In this document: positions 25,190-39,306 of the stretch, piece by piece
How the letters are laid out: each line of letters starts with the position of its first letter
Position numbering within the stretch: position 1 is the stretch's first letter
Assembly: GCF_006345805.1 (NCBI RefSeq)
Contig: NC_043005.1
Coordinates: 72,974,001 to 73,038,000, forward strand
Source: Octopus sinensis
Taxonomy: Eukaryota
Length of the DNA stretch: 64,000 nt
Direction of reading: 5' to 3'
The notes under the pieces: generated by a model
The model's input: the letters and a program-made list of their open reading frames with translations, nothing else
Told to the model about the DNA's origin: nothing
Databases searched by the model: none
Program-made: the position numbers and the translations under genes

Positions 25190-28100
25190 CAACAATTGAG
25201 GGTAAAATTAATTAATTAATCAATTTCACCAAGTGTTCAGTATGCAAAGGGACCATTTAAGGCGAATTCAAATTATTACATTATATAAAAGGGCTTAGTA
25301 AAATAAATTACTTTGCCGCATACTGAACTCATTAGAAATTGCAGCTAAAAAAACATTTATAAAACTATTTCTAATACTTAAAGAAAACCTCTCTCATATA
25401 GTGTTTGCTCAATTCAACTCACGAAAGTATGGGGGGTAGAGACATTAAAAAATCAAATGCAAAGGTTATTTGAGAACGTAACGTCAAGATTAGTCAAACT
25501 CGACATTTCTATCATCAGCTCAGAACTCCCTGGTTGATTTGAAAACACTGAAAGTGGGAGCATACCCCTTCGGCCTCTTATGCTTCTTGAAGATCCGCTC
25601 GTAACTAACAGTGCCAACAAACTCAAATATGCAAGCGAAGAATTTTGCTCCCCCTTCCACCAGCGTGGGTTTAAATCATAGTAAAACACTATGCTTTTTT
25701 CGGTAAAATCCGAGGCATTTAAATAGAGAGAGATGAATATAATTTCAACAGTTGAGGGTAAAATTAATTAATTAATCAATTTCACCAAGTGTTCAGTATG
25801 CAAAGGGACATTTAAGGCGAATTCAAATTATACATTATATAAAAGGGCTTAGTAAAAAAATTACTTTGCCGCATACTGAACTCATTAGAAATAGCAGCCA
25901 AAAAAAAAAACATTATAAAACTATTTCTAATACTTAAAGAAAACCTCTCTCATATAGTGTTTGCTCAATTCAACTCACGAAAGTATGGGGGGAGGTAGAC
26001 ATTAGAATAAATCAAATGCAAAGGTTATTTGAGAACGTACGTTTCAAGATTAGTCAAACTCGACATTTCATCATCAGCTCAGAACTCCCTGGTTTGGATT
26101 TGAAAACACTGAAAGTGGGAGCATACCCCTTCGGCCTCTTATCGCTTCTGAAGATCCGCTCGTAACTAACAGTGCCAACAAACTCAATATGCAAGCGAAG
26201 AATTTCTGCTCTCCCCTTTCACCAGCGTGGGTTAAAATCAGTAAACACTATGCTTTTTTCGGTAAAATCCGAGGCATTTAAATAGAGAGAGATGAATTAT
26301 AATTTCAACAATTGAGGGGGTAAAATTAATTAATTAATCAATTTCACCAAGTGTTCAGTATGCAAAGGGACCATTAAGGCGAATTCAAATGATACATTAT
26401 ATAAAAGGGCTTAGTAAAATAAATTACTTTGCCGCATACTGAACTCATTAGAAATAGCAGCTAAAAAAACATTTATAAAACTATTTCTAATACTTAAGAA
26501 AACCTCTCTCATATAGTGTTTGATCAATTCAACTCACGAAAGTAGGGGGGTAGAGACATTAAAAAATCAAATGCAAAGGTTATTTGAGAACGTACGTTTC
26601 AAGATTAGTCAAACTCGACATTTCTATCATCAGCTCAGAACTCCCTGGTTTGGATTTGAAAACACTGAAAGTGGAGCATACCCCTTCGGCCTTTATCGCT
26701 TCTGAAGATCCGCTCGTAACTAACAGTGCCAACAAACTCAAATATGCAAGCGAAGAACTTTCTGCTCTCCCCTTTCCACCAGCGTGGGTTAAAATCAGTA
26801 AACACTATGCTTTTTTCGGTAAAATCCGAGGCATTTAAATAGAGAGAGATGAATTATAATTTCAACAGTTGAGGGTAAAATTAATTAATTAATCAATTTC
26901 ACCAAATGTTCAGTATGCAAAGGGACCATTTAAGGCGAATTCAAATTATTACATTATATAAAAGGGCTTAGTAAAATAAATTATTTGCCGCATACTGAAC
27001 TCATTAGAAATAGCAGCTAAAAAAAACATTTATAAAAATTTCTAATACTTAAAGAAAAAACTCTCTCATATAGTGTTTGCTCAATTCAACTCACGAAAGT
27101 ATGGGGGGTAGAGACATTAAAGAATCAAATGCAAAGGTTATTTGAGAACGTACGTTTCAAGATTAGTCACAACTCGACATTTCTATCATCAGCTCAGAAC
27201 TCCCTGGTTTGGATTTGAAAACACTGAAAGTGGGAGCATACCCCTTCGGCCTCTTATCGCTTCTGAAGATCCGCTCGTAACTAACAGTGCCAACAAACTC
27301 AAATATGCAAGCGAAGAATTCTGCTCTCCCCTTTCCACCAGCGTGGGTTAAAATCAGTAACACTATGCTTTTTTCGGTAAAATCCGAGGCATTTAAATAG
27401 AGAGAGATGAATTATAATTTCAACAATTGAGGGTAAAATAATTAATTAATCAATTTCACCAAGTGTTCAGTATGCAAAGGGACCATATTAAGGCGAATTC
27501 AAATGATTACATTATATTAAAAGGCCTTAGTAAAATAAATTACTTTGCCGCATACTGAACTCATTAGAAATAGCAGCTAAAAAAAACATTTATAAAACTA
27601 TTTCTAATACTTAAGAAAACCTCTCTCATATAGTGTTTGCTCAATTCAACTCACGAAAGTATGGGGGGTAGAGACATTAAAAAATCAAATGCAAAGGTTA
27701 TTTGAGAACGTACGTTTCAAGATTAGTCAAACTCGACATTTCTATCATCAGCTCAGAACTCCCTGGTTTGGATTTGAAAACACTGAAAGTGGGAGCATAC
27801 CCCTTCGGCCTCTTATCGCTTCTGAAGATCCGCTCGTAACTAACAGTGCCAACAAACTCAAATATGCAAGCGAAGAATTTCTGCTCTCCCCTTTCCACCA
27901 GCGTGGGTTAAAATCAGTAAACACTATGCTTTTTTCGGTAAAATCCGAGGCATTTAAATAGAGAGAGATGAATTATAATTTCAACAATTGAGGGTAAAAT
28001 TAATTAATTAATCAATTTCACCAAGTGTTCAGTATGCAAAGGGACCATTTAAGGCGAATTCAAATTATTAATTATATAAAAGGGCTTAGTAAAATAAATT

Positions 28101-31100
28101 ACTTGCCGCCATACTGAACTCATTAGAAATTGCAGCTAAAAAAACATTTATAAGACTATTTCTAATACTTAAAGAAAAACTCTCTCATATAGTGTTTGCT
28201 CAATTCAACTCACGAAAGTATGGGGGGTAGAGACATTAAAAAATCAAATGCAAAGGTTATTGAGAACGTACGTTTCAAGATAGTCAAACTCGACATTTCT
28301 ATCACCAGCTCAGAACTCCCTGGTTTGGATTTGAAAACACTGAAAGTGGGAGCATACCCCTTCGGCCTCTTATCGCTTCTGAAGATCCGCACGTACTAAC
28401 TGTGCCAACAAACTCAAATATGCAAGCGAAGAATTTCTCTCCCTTTCCACCAGCGTGGGTTAAAATCAGTAAACACTATGCTTTTTTCGGTAAAATCCGA
28501 GGCATTTAAATAGAGAGAGATGAATTATAATTTCAACAATTGGGGGTAAAATTAATTAATTAATCAATTTCACTTGCATATTTGAGTTTGTTGGCACTGT
28601 TAGTTATGAGCGGATCTTCAGAAGCGATAAGAGGCCGAAGGGGTATGCTCCCACTTTCAGTGTTTTCAAATCCAAACCAGGGAGTTCTGAGCTGATGATA
28701 GAAATGTCGAGTTTGACTAATCTTGAAACGTACGTTCTCAAATAACCTTTGCATTTGGTTTTTTAATGTCTCTACCCCCCATACTTTCGTGAGTTGAATT
28801 GAGCAAACACTATATGAGAGAGGTTTTCTTTAAGTATTAGAAATAGTTTTATAAATGTTTTTTTAGCTGCAATTTCTAATGATTTCAGTATGCGGCAAAG
28901 TAATTTATTTTACTAAGCCCTTTTATATAATGTAATAATTTGAATTCGCCTTAAATGGTCCCTTTGCATACTGAACACTTGGTGAAATTGATTAATTAAT
29001 TAATTTTACCCTCAATTGTTGAAATTATAATTCATCTCTCTCTATTTAAATGCCTCGGATGTTACCGAAAAAAGCATAGTGTTTACTGATTTTAACCCAC
29101 GCTGGTGGAAAGGGGAGAGCAGAAATTCTTCGCTTGCATATTTGAGTTTGTTGGCACTGTTAGTTACGAGCGGATCTTCAGAATCGATAAGAGGCCGAAG
29201 GGGTATGCTCCCACTTTCAGTGTTTTCAAATCCAAATCACGGAGTTCTGAGCTGATGATAGAAATGTCGAGTTTGACTAATCTTGAAACGTACGTTCTCA
29301 AATAACCTTTGCATTTGATTTTTAATGTCTCTACCCCCCATACTTTCGTGAGTTGAATTGAGCAAACACTATATGAGAGAGGTTTTCTTTAAGTATTAGA
29401 AATAGTTTTATAAATGTTTTTTTAGCTGCTATTTCTAATGAGTTCAGTATGCGGCAAAGTAATTTATTTTACTAAGCCCTTTTATATAATGTAACAATTT
29501 GAATTCGCCTTAAAGGGTCCCTTTGCATACTGAACACTTGGTGAAATTGATTAATTAATTAATTTTACCCTCAATTGTTGAAATTATAATTCATCTCTCT
29601 CTATTTAAATGCCTCGGATTTTACCGAAAAAAGCATAGTGTTACTGATTTTAACCACGCTGGTGGAAAGGGGAGAGCAGAAATTCTTCGCTTGCATTTTG
29701 AGTTTGTTGGCACTGTTAGTTACGAGCGGATCTTCAGAAGCGATAAGAGGCCGAAGGGGTATGCTCCCACTTTCAGTGTTTTCAAATCCAAACCAGGGAG
29801 TTCTTAGCTGATGATAGAAATGTCGAGTTTGACTAATCTTGAAACGTACGTTCTCAAATAACCTTTGCATTTGATTTTTAATGTCTCTACCCCCCGTACT
29901 TTCGTGAGTTGAATTGAGCAAACACTATATGAGAGAGGTTTTCTTTAAGTATTAGAAATAGTTTTATAAATGTTTTTTTAGCTGCTATTTCTAATGAGTT
30001 CAGTATGCGGCAAAGTATTTATTTTACTAAGCCCTTTTATATAATGTAATAATTTGAATTCGCCTTAAATGATCCCTTTGCATACTGAACACTTGGTGAA
30101 ATTGATTAATTAATTAATTTTACCCTCAATTGTTGAAATTATAATTCATCTCTCTCTATTAAATGCCTCGGATTTTACCGAAAAAAGCATAGTGTTTACT
30201 GATTTTAACCCACGCTGGTGGAAAAGGAGAGAGGGGAGAGCAGAAATTCTTCGCTTGCATATTTGAGTTTGTTGGCACTGTTAGTTACGAGCGGATCTTC
30301 AGAAGCGATAAGAGGCCGAAGGGGATGCTCCCACTTTCAGTGTTTTCAATCCAAATCACGGAGTTCTGAGCTGATGATAGAAATGTCGAGTTTGACTAAT
30401 CTTGAAACGTACGTTCTCAAATAACCTTTGCATTTGATTTTTAATGTCTCTACCCCCCATACTTTCGTGAGTTGAATTGAGCAAACACTATATGAGAGAG
30501 GTTTTCTTTAAGTATTAGAAATAGTTTTATAAATGTTTTTTTAGCTGCTATTTCTAATGAGTTCAGTATGCGGCAAAGTAATTATTTTACTAAGCCCTTT
30601 TATATAATGTAATAATTTGAATTCGCCTTAAATGGTCCTTTTGCATACTGAACACTTGGTGAAATTGATTAATTAATTAATTTTACCCTCAATTGTTGAA
30701 ATTATAATTCATCTCTCTCTATTAAATGCCTCGGATTTTACCGAAAAAAGCATAGTGTTTACTGATTTTAACCCATGCTGGTGGAAAGGGGAGAGCAGAA
30801 ATTCTTCGCTTGCATATTTGAGTTTGTTGGCACTGTTAGTTACGAGCGGATCTTCAGAAGCGATAAGAGGCCGAAGGGGATGCTCCCACTTTCAGTGTTT
30901 TCAAATCCAAACCAGGGAGTTCTGAGCTGATGATAGAAATGTCGAGTTTGACTAATCTTGAAACGTACGTTCTCAAATAACCTTTGCATTTGATTTTTTA
31001 ATGTCTCTACACCCCGTACTTTCGTGAGTTGAATTGAGCAAACACTATATGAGAGAGGTTTTCTTTAAGTATTAGAAATAGTTTTATAAATGTTTTTTTA

Positions 31101-31723
31101 GCTGCTATTTCTAATGAGTTCAGTATGCGGCAAAGTAATTTATTTTACTAAGCCCTTTTATATAATGTAATAATTTGAATTCGCCTTAAATGGTCCCTTT
31201 GCATACTGAACACTTGGTGAAATTGATTAATTAATTAATTTTACCCTCAATTGTTGAAATTATAATTCATCTCTCTCTATTTAAATGCCTCGGATTTTAC
31301 CGAAAAAAGCATAGTGTTTACTGATTTTAACCCACGCTGGTGGAAAGGGGAGAGCAGAAATTCTTCGCTTGCATATTTGAGTTTGTTGGCACTGTTAGTT
31401 ACGAGCGGATCTTCAGAAGCGATAAGAGGCCGAAGGGGTATGCTCCCACTTTCAGTGTTTTCAAATCCAAACCAGGGAGTTCTTAGCTGATGATAGAAAT
31501 GTCGAGTTTGACTAATCTTGAAACGTACGTTCTCAAATAACCTTTGCATTTGATTTTTAATGTCTGTACCCCCCATACTTTCGTGAGTTGAATTGAGCAA
31601 ACACTATATGAGAGAGGTTTTCTTTAAGTATTAGAAATAGTTTTATAAATGTTTTTTTAGCTGCTATTTCTAATGAGTTCAGTATGCGGCAAAGTAATTT
31701 ATTTTACTAAGCCCTTTTATATA

Positions 31724-31724
<1 letters not shown>
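25183..31724. repeat. Tandem array of a ~558-bp unit (~12 units) with orientation switch at ~28573, bounded by (TA)n
   Basis: Unit starts at ~25183, 25739, 26299, 26857, 27414, 27975, 28527; reverse-complement units thereafter. Confidence 0.97.
29226..29318 (+). ncRNA. Type I hammerhead-like motif of the 558-bp unit (representative copy)
   Basis: tgag-CTGATGA-t.aga.aat.gtcga.gt.ttgac.taa.tct.t-GAAA-CGTACG-T-T-ctca; distal stem I tcaaatccaaa/tttgcatttga. Confidence 0.65.
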
Positions 31725-31761
<37 letters not shown>

Positions 31762-32309
31762 TGTATGTGTGTGTGTTGTGGGTGTGTGTGTGGGGGGGGG
31801 TGCGTGCGTGTTTGTGTATGTTTGATTACGTATGTGTATTTGTTTCCATGGATATACACCGGTGTTTTAAGCAGCATTCTTTTATGACAAATGGTAACTC
31901 GGCCATTCGATATTTACAGATCAAAAAATTAATTACAAAACTGAAGTAATCCCATTATCTGCCAGGAATTTAATCTGGCAATTTACGATTTTACCATCGT
32001 CTATCTCATTATTTGGAATAATATTAATTTTTAATATTGGTAACGGAGTCAAACTTTTTTGCGGAGATTATAGTCATACCAAGCCGTCTGACACCGGCCC
32101 GTATTAGGATGCAAGCTTTCAATTTTAAAGTAATCAGAAATTTAAACATTGTATTAATATTTCATGTTAATTAATGATCCAAACACCAGCTTAATAACAG
32201 GGCATTTTTATTATTTGCAAAATTAATTGAAATATTGGTAGAGTATTCCAAAGTAAATGTAGCAAAAAGGTTATCGACTGCAGTACTGGACAATTAGATA
32301 TTTTTCTAC

Positions 32310-32912
32310 CTATTTCTTTACTACCCACAAGGGGCTAAACACAGAGGAGACAAACAAGGACGGACAAACGGATTAAGTCGATTACATCGACTCCAGTGCG
32401 TAACTGGTTCTTATTTAATCGACCCCGAAATAATGAAAGGCAAAGTCGACCTCGGCGGAATTTGAACTCAGAACGTAACGGCAGACGAAATACCTATTTC
32501 TTTACTACCCACAAAGGGCTAAATACAGAGAGGACAAACAAGGACGGACAAACAGATTAAGTCGATAACATCGACTTCAGTGTGTAACTGGTACTTAATT
32601 TATCGACTCCGAAATAATGAAAGGCAAAGTCGACCTCGGCGGAATTTGAACTTAGAACGTAACGGCAGACGGAATACCTATTTCTTTACTACCCACAAGG
32701 GGCTAAACACAGAGAGGACAAACAAGGACAGACAAACGGATTAAGTCGATAACATCGACTTCAGTGTGTAACTGGTACTTAATTTATCGACCCCGAAAAG
32801 ATGAAAGGCAAAGTCGACCTCGGCGGAATTTGAACTCAGAACATAGCGGTAGACGAACTACTGCTAAGCATTTCGCCCGACGTGCTAACGATTCTGCCAG
32901 CTCACCGCCTTT
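32310..32912 (-). mobile_element. SINE family A with internally triplicated body
   Basis: Three ~185-bp modules; TSD-like ttagatatttttctacct. Confidence 0.85.
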
Positions 32913-34346
32913 AAAAAGTAAAATCGACACTTAGATATTTTTCTACCTTCACAAACCGGAAGAAGGACTAGCAACTCCAATACTAGTCGAATATGAATTC
33001 AGAACATAAATGTTCGCAAAAGACAGAGACACTGGATGTTTTGTCTTTTATGCTACTGGATTTTATGAAACATTTTGAACGATTTTTTGTTAAAAGCATG
33101 AAGTCGCAAAAGAAAAAAATTGTGAGTATGACACAGTGATAGAATAATTAAGAAACTCACGTTTTAAAATCGCAGGATGGTATATTTGTAGAATACTCGT
33201 ACGCTGAAATGAAAGACAATCGGTAAATCATCTCATTATTTCATTAATAACTAGACCATCGAGGAGAGATTCTACACGATTTTTCGATCTGCTTGAAACA
33301 GAAGTCAACGATTCTGCCAACTCGCCGTCTTGTAATCACTGAATATTACAGAAAACAATCATTTATACGTCAGCAGATTCAGGATATTACAGGAAAAGCT
33401 CTACATATGCTTATAAATTTGTTTTAATTATAAAAATATTGAATCACGGGGAAAAGTGGGGATTAAGCAGTAGAAGATGCGGCGGTCGAGGAGGTCTCCG
33501 GCGGGACGTCAGATGTTCTCAGACCCTGTACTGCCGATTTCTTCTGAAATGAGCCCCCACGAGATGGAGTAGTTGCCGCAGCGAGTGTCGTTGGTCATCC
33601 TACGCGGCAACGTTGTAACGGTAACGTCCGTAGGGACGCGGTTAAATACGCTTATAATGTGAATAAAAATGTCAGCTGTGCAAAACAGTTTATCACTCGT
33701 ATTCAGAATTTCTTTTTACATTTGCTGAATTGACTATACTTATATATTAGTAATGAAGATAGTTTAGTTGTATATGCATTTATCTGCTCACTATTTAAGG
33801 TTTTAAAAGGAACGAAAACCGAGCAGGCGAGTGAGCGAGCGGGGAGGCTCCCGGGTCGCGTGGCGTAGAATAAAGACGATGTTAATTTTTCATGTCGTCA
33901 CGAATTTTGTCAATAAGCGTGGCTGTGTTTTTGAGAAACTGTGTGATAGGGGTCAGTCATACAGCGCAGCAGTTATGGCAAGTGTCTTCAACTATAACCT
34001 GGGGCAACCAAAGCCTGATGAGTGGATTTGGTTGGTGGAAGCAGGATGAAGCCTGTCGTGTATATATATATATGTGTGAGTGTGTGTGTATGCATGCATA
34101 TATGCATACATACATACATACATATATATATGTATATATATATATATATATATATAGCAATAATAATTCTCTAAATGAGATATAGACAGTAATATATATA
34201 TATATATATATATATATAAGTTCAGTAAAAATTTTGATTCAAATGAATATGGTACTTAATTTAGATGCACCAGAATTTTGTATGGTGTTATCCATAAAAA
34301 TCCGTGGGATGATTATAATCAAAATAAGCAACAAGAATGACTCCGG

Positions 34347-34439
34347 TAATTTGGTATGATCGTTTCGTACTACATCATTTTATTAAATGTTGTAAGTATT
34401 ACAACAGATTTAAGATGCTGAGTACTCATCAGCCAATTA
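34347..34439 (-). ncRNA. Type I hammerhead-like motif with long stem II, in a (TA)n-embedded element (~34220-34887)
   Basis: taattgg-CTGATGA-GTAC...GTAC-GAAA-CGATCA-T-A-ccaaatta. Confidence 0.65.
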
Positions 34440-34884
34440 TAGAGGTCTTCCATTAATACAAAAATGTTCAAATCAAGTGGCAACATTATAGAGAAGGTAT
34501 ATATATAGACAAAGATGAGGATTTAAATTTTAAGAACATATGAGGTAGTGGAGTCTCTCAACTGAATGACTAAGATTTGGTTGTTCCAGACTGCTGTAAG
34601 GTTGTGAGAGGGACAAATAAGTTGAAGGAAGCAATAAAGATTTTCTAATTATAGAAATGGGGTAGAGGGGGTTTCAGAACTCCATAAAAGGAATTCATGT
34701 GGAAGACAGCAATTTTCACTACTAAATGCCAGTTACTACTATTTGATGAGAGAACTAGGTCAATGTCAAGTGGTCACAATCACATTCACAGAGAGTGCAA
34801 TTTGGAGAAAAAAAAAAGGCTATCACTTATTACGAGTAGGCATAGTACTTTTTAACTGGGGGAAAACCTTACTAATCAGATGAA

Positions 34885-35261
<377 letters not shown>

Positions 35262-35262
35262 C

Positions 35263-35296
<34 letters not shown>

Positions 35297-35309
35297 GTAT
35301 ATATATATG

Positions 35310-35365
<56 letters not shown>

Positions 35366-36290
35366 GTGTGTGTTGTATTTGTCCCCCACCAACATTTGAC
35401 AACCGGTGTTGGTTTTTTACGTCCTCGTAACATAATGGTTCTGTAAAAGGTACCTAAAGACTAAGTACCACGCTTAAAATCAAGAGAAAGAAAAATGAGT
35501 ACCTGGGGGTCAATTTGTTCGACTGAACTTTTTTTAAGGCAGTGCCCCAGCATGGCCATACTGCAATGACCTGAAACAAGTAAAAGATAACGATATGAAA
35601 TTTCTGCACGTATTCAATACTTCTTGCTTTCATGCAATAATCCGGGCAATTTTATATGACAAAAATGGCGACGATGTTTAATTGAAATATATTTAGGAAT
35701 ACTTTAGCTGAAGGAAACTACACATAACAATTCCAGTTCATTAGCAGAGGATATTGTATCGTAAATGAAGTCCTTACATATTAATTTAACAAAGTATAAC
35801 TAGTTTAAGAGAATTACTATAATTAAGTGTCATGCTTATGGATATACTGCATATTAATGAGCAGTGGAGATGGTCGATTCATTCGGTAGCTGAAAACTTG
35901 GCAATAAGATCCTAACGCTTGAGAATAAACAATTAGATGGGAGAAACGGTTAGAGATATTTTGAAGTTTTCATCTCTCTTAATTCAAGACGTTAATCAAA
36001 TAAGTCCTTATTACCATAAATTAAGTTTCATTGCTGTTGATTTATATAGTCAAATGATTTAGTAAATTTTTGAAAGCGGATAGGAAATCACTGTTTGAGG
36101 TATGTACATACACGCATGCGTATATACATACATGTATACAAGTATACACAAATATATGTACATACATGTATATACACACACACACATACATACATATATA
36201 ACATATATACACATATATACAGACATCTTAGATAAATACATATATACACACACATATATGTTCATGCATACACATAAATACATATATACA

Positions 36291-36339
<49 letters not shown>

Positions 36340-37106
36340 TATATATATATTATATATATATATATATATAGCAGCGTACGTACATATTGGTCTCTTATAG
36401 GTAAGTATACATTTTTCTAAATTTTGTACGACTCTATTTCTGTCTATCAGCCCTTTCACGCTTATTCGTTCATTCCACTCTTCGTTCTTTCGTTCCCCCT
36501 CTCTCACATTTCTTTGCCTTCTCTTCTTACTCTCTTTCCCTCCACTTTTCACTTCACCGTGTCTCTGTCAATTTTTCTCGTCCCTCCTTAATTGTTCTGT
36601 CCCTCTGCTCCTACTTCTCTCTTTTTTCTTCCCACGTGACCGGCGTTCCACCAAGCCTGTTCTTTCTTTCTTAGTCTGCCCGTTGTCCGTGCAACATCGA
36701 TATTCCTCCCTGTGTTTGTGAAATCTTCTATCCCTACTGTAAGGCTTCATTTCCCCCCACATCAACTTAATTCAATTCGTCCTTAGTCGAAAGACACCTG
36801 TTGTTATGTCCTGTTATTATTTTTATTGTATTTGGGTATCGTCCGTTTTTTCCGTCGTTGTTTTTGTATAGATTCGCTGCTTTCTTCCAAGTAATCTAAT
36901 ACTCTTAGCTTAGTTTTTCCTAGGGACTGGCCAGATTGGAGCAATCTCAAGAATAATCAGTCGAAATTGCGAGGATAATCTGGTGCTTGACTGAGTAAAG
37001 AAAACTTCGAATGACCCGTCCTTGTTTTCTTTGTATCGTCTATCTGGATGTTTTGTTATCCCATTTTTGTATCACCTAGCTGTCCGGATGTTTTGCCTTC
37101 TTGTCC

Positions 37107-37144
<38 letters not shown>

Positions 37145-37145
<1 letters not shown>

Positions 37146-37934
37146 TCAGACGGATCTATGGCATTAAGTGGGAGGACCGCATCAGTCATCTTGAGATATT
37201 GGAAGGCTCTCGGTGTGAAAGTACAGAAGCTCTCGTGTTGAAGCAAAGGATTAGATAAAGTGGTCATCTGGTTAGGATGAAAGATTCAAGGATGCCAAAA
37301 CAACTCTTTTATGGAGAGTTAGCTAAAGGAGAACGACCTCCACATAAACCAAAAAAGAGGTATAAAGACTTGCTGAAGGCTTCATTAAGAGATGCTAGCA
37401 TCTCTCCTGACACATGGGAGAGCATAGCTATTGATCGTAGCAGGTGGAGAAGGATTGTGTACGAGGAGACAGCTACTTTTGAGAAATCTCGAGTTGCGCA
37501 TGTGAAAGTAAGGAGGGATGTCAGGAATGGCATCGCTGTTGCACTTCCAGATGGTAAGGGTCTTCCTATGATGCTGACATGCAATGTCTGTGCAAGACCC
37601 TGCCTCAGGAAAGCTGGACTCAAGAGTCATCTTCGCAGTCTTAAAGCGAGACAGATGAGTAACAGCCTGGCCACTGGTGGTGGTGTAACACACCATAATA
37701 ATCATATCTGTCGGGCATGTGGAAGAGAGTGTAATTCGGCGGGAGGACTTAAACGACATGCAAAAGTACACGTAACACAGTTACAACTACAGCCGGATAA
37801 TGCCGGTAAAGGTTTTTGCTGCCAATTCTGTACAAGACATTGTAGATCTTTAGCTGGGCTAAAGGGTCATATTTGATCACAGCACCGTGATCAGTTAAGC
37901 CTTGTGCAATAGGCATACGCGATTACAAAAGGCA

Positions 37935-37940
<6 letters not shown>
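37145..37940 (+). mobile_element. RTE (BovB-like) LINE 3' fragment with three C2H2 fingers
   Basis: LRRIYGIKWEDRISH, GHLVRMKDSRMPKQLFYGELAKGERP...KPKKRYKD; fingers CNVC..H, CRAC..HAKVH, CQFC..H; premature stops. Confidence 0.88.
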
Positions 37941-37979
<39 letters not shown>

Positions 37980-38205
37980 TGTGTGTACGTGTGTGTGTGT
38001 ATGTTTGTGAGTCCATATTTGTTCCCTAACCATCGCTTGACAACCGATGCTGGTGTGTTTCCGTCGCCGTAACTTAGCAGTATGACAACAGAGACCGATA
38101 GAAGTACTAGGCTTACAAAAGAATAAGTCCTGGGGTCGATTTGTTCGATTAAATTTCATGATCCAGCATGGCCGCAGTCAAATGATAGAAACCAATAAAA
38201 GAATA
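37980..38205 (+). mobile_element. SINE family C 3' part (others at 33935-34060, 35365-35590, 53040-53430, 62475-62630)
   Basis: cttgacaaccgatgctggtgtgttt...agcatggccgcagtcaaatga. Confidence 0.7.
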
Positions 38206-38306
38206 GAATAATATATATATACATGTATATATATATGCGTGTAAGTGTGTGTGTGCATGTATGTATATGTATGTATATATGTATATATATATATATACAT
38301 GTATAT

Positions 38307-38397
<91 letters not shown>

Positions 38398-39306
38398 TGT
38401 ATGTATATATGTATGTATGTATATGAGAGTGTTCGTGTATGTGTGTGTGTGTGTGTCTCGAACAAAAGCATACGGTGAAAACTGTTATTATTTCAAGGGG
38501 ATTTTGCAACTACTTAAAGAGGCCTAGAGCATTCGGAGGCTCCTCAATATTGGATAGAGTATAGATAGCAACGATAATTAGATCCTATTGTCATTACTTT
38601 ATAATTATGTTCATTATTTAATGTTTATTGTCACGATAACCATCTAAGAGGATCATTTGAACGTCAGGTCAAATTGCCATGCGGTATCTCTTCTGACTCC
38701 CTACGTTTCTATGTTGAAACCCCGCGGAGATTAACTTTCCTTTTCTTCTATTCAAGGTTTATAAGATGATGCACTAATGAAGTACTGATATCAAGAGTAC
38801 TGGCGAACCATCTCTCGCCAATTAAAAACCATTATTTAATGAATATCATGTTTATTATTTCATGCGTTGATGGCCATTAGTACACATAAGATGCAATATT
38901 TCTCGTTTAGGTTGTTCGCAGTTTTTGTGGAAAGATTCTGTTCCATAAACAGCACTATGCTACAGAACAGGTTACCAAATATATTATTTAAATCTTTCAT
39001 TTCCACTGATTTTCGTTAAAAAATTAAAATATTTTTCTGATTTCGGCTAATGAATTTATGAGTGTAAATTCATAGTTCTACGACATTGATAAAGAAGCCT
39101 AAACAAATGAAAATAAAAGAGGAATAGTAAATGGAAAAGATGCGCTTGTTGTAGGATATGTTTAACAGGAGAAAATTGAAACAGCATCGCCAAATAGTAA
39201 TTTTAAAACAAAAAATTCCAGACAATATTTCACTGCTTAATTGCAGATTGACCCGCACAAATCCCGTAACCTCTTGTAGCTCATGGGTTCGCTTCGTATC
39301 AATTGT

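Noticed and set aside
26148-26175. Second HHR (CTGAAGA) on the opposite strand of the 558-bp unit
   Set aside because: Followed by GTAA rather than GAAA, with no convincing stems.
25453-31600. Recurrent 60-107 aa ORFs (MQRLFENVRF...) in the array
   Set aside because: Frames vary with indels between units and show no recognisable domain; they are a by-product of the repeat.
33470-33900. CpG-rich patch as promoter or gene start
   Set aside because: No ORF, splice pattern or recognisable element; could be a transposon remnant.
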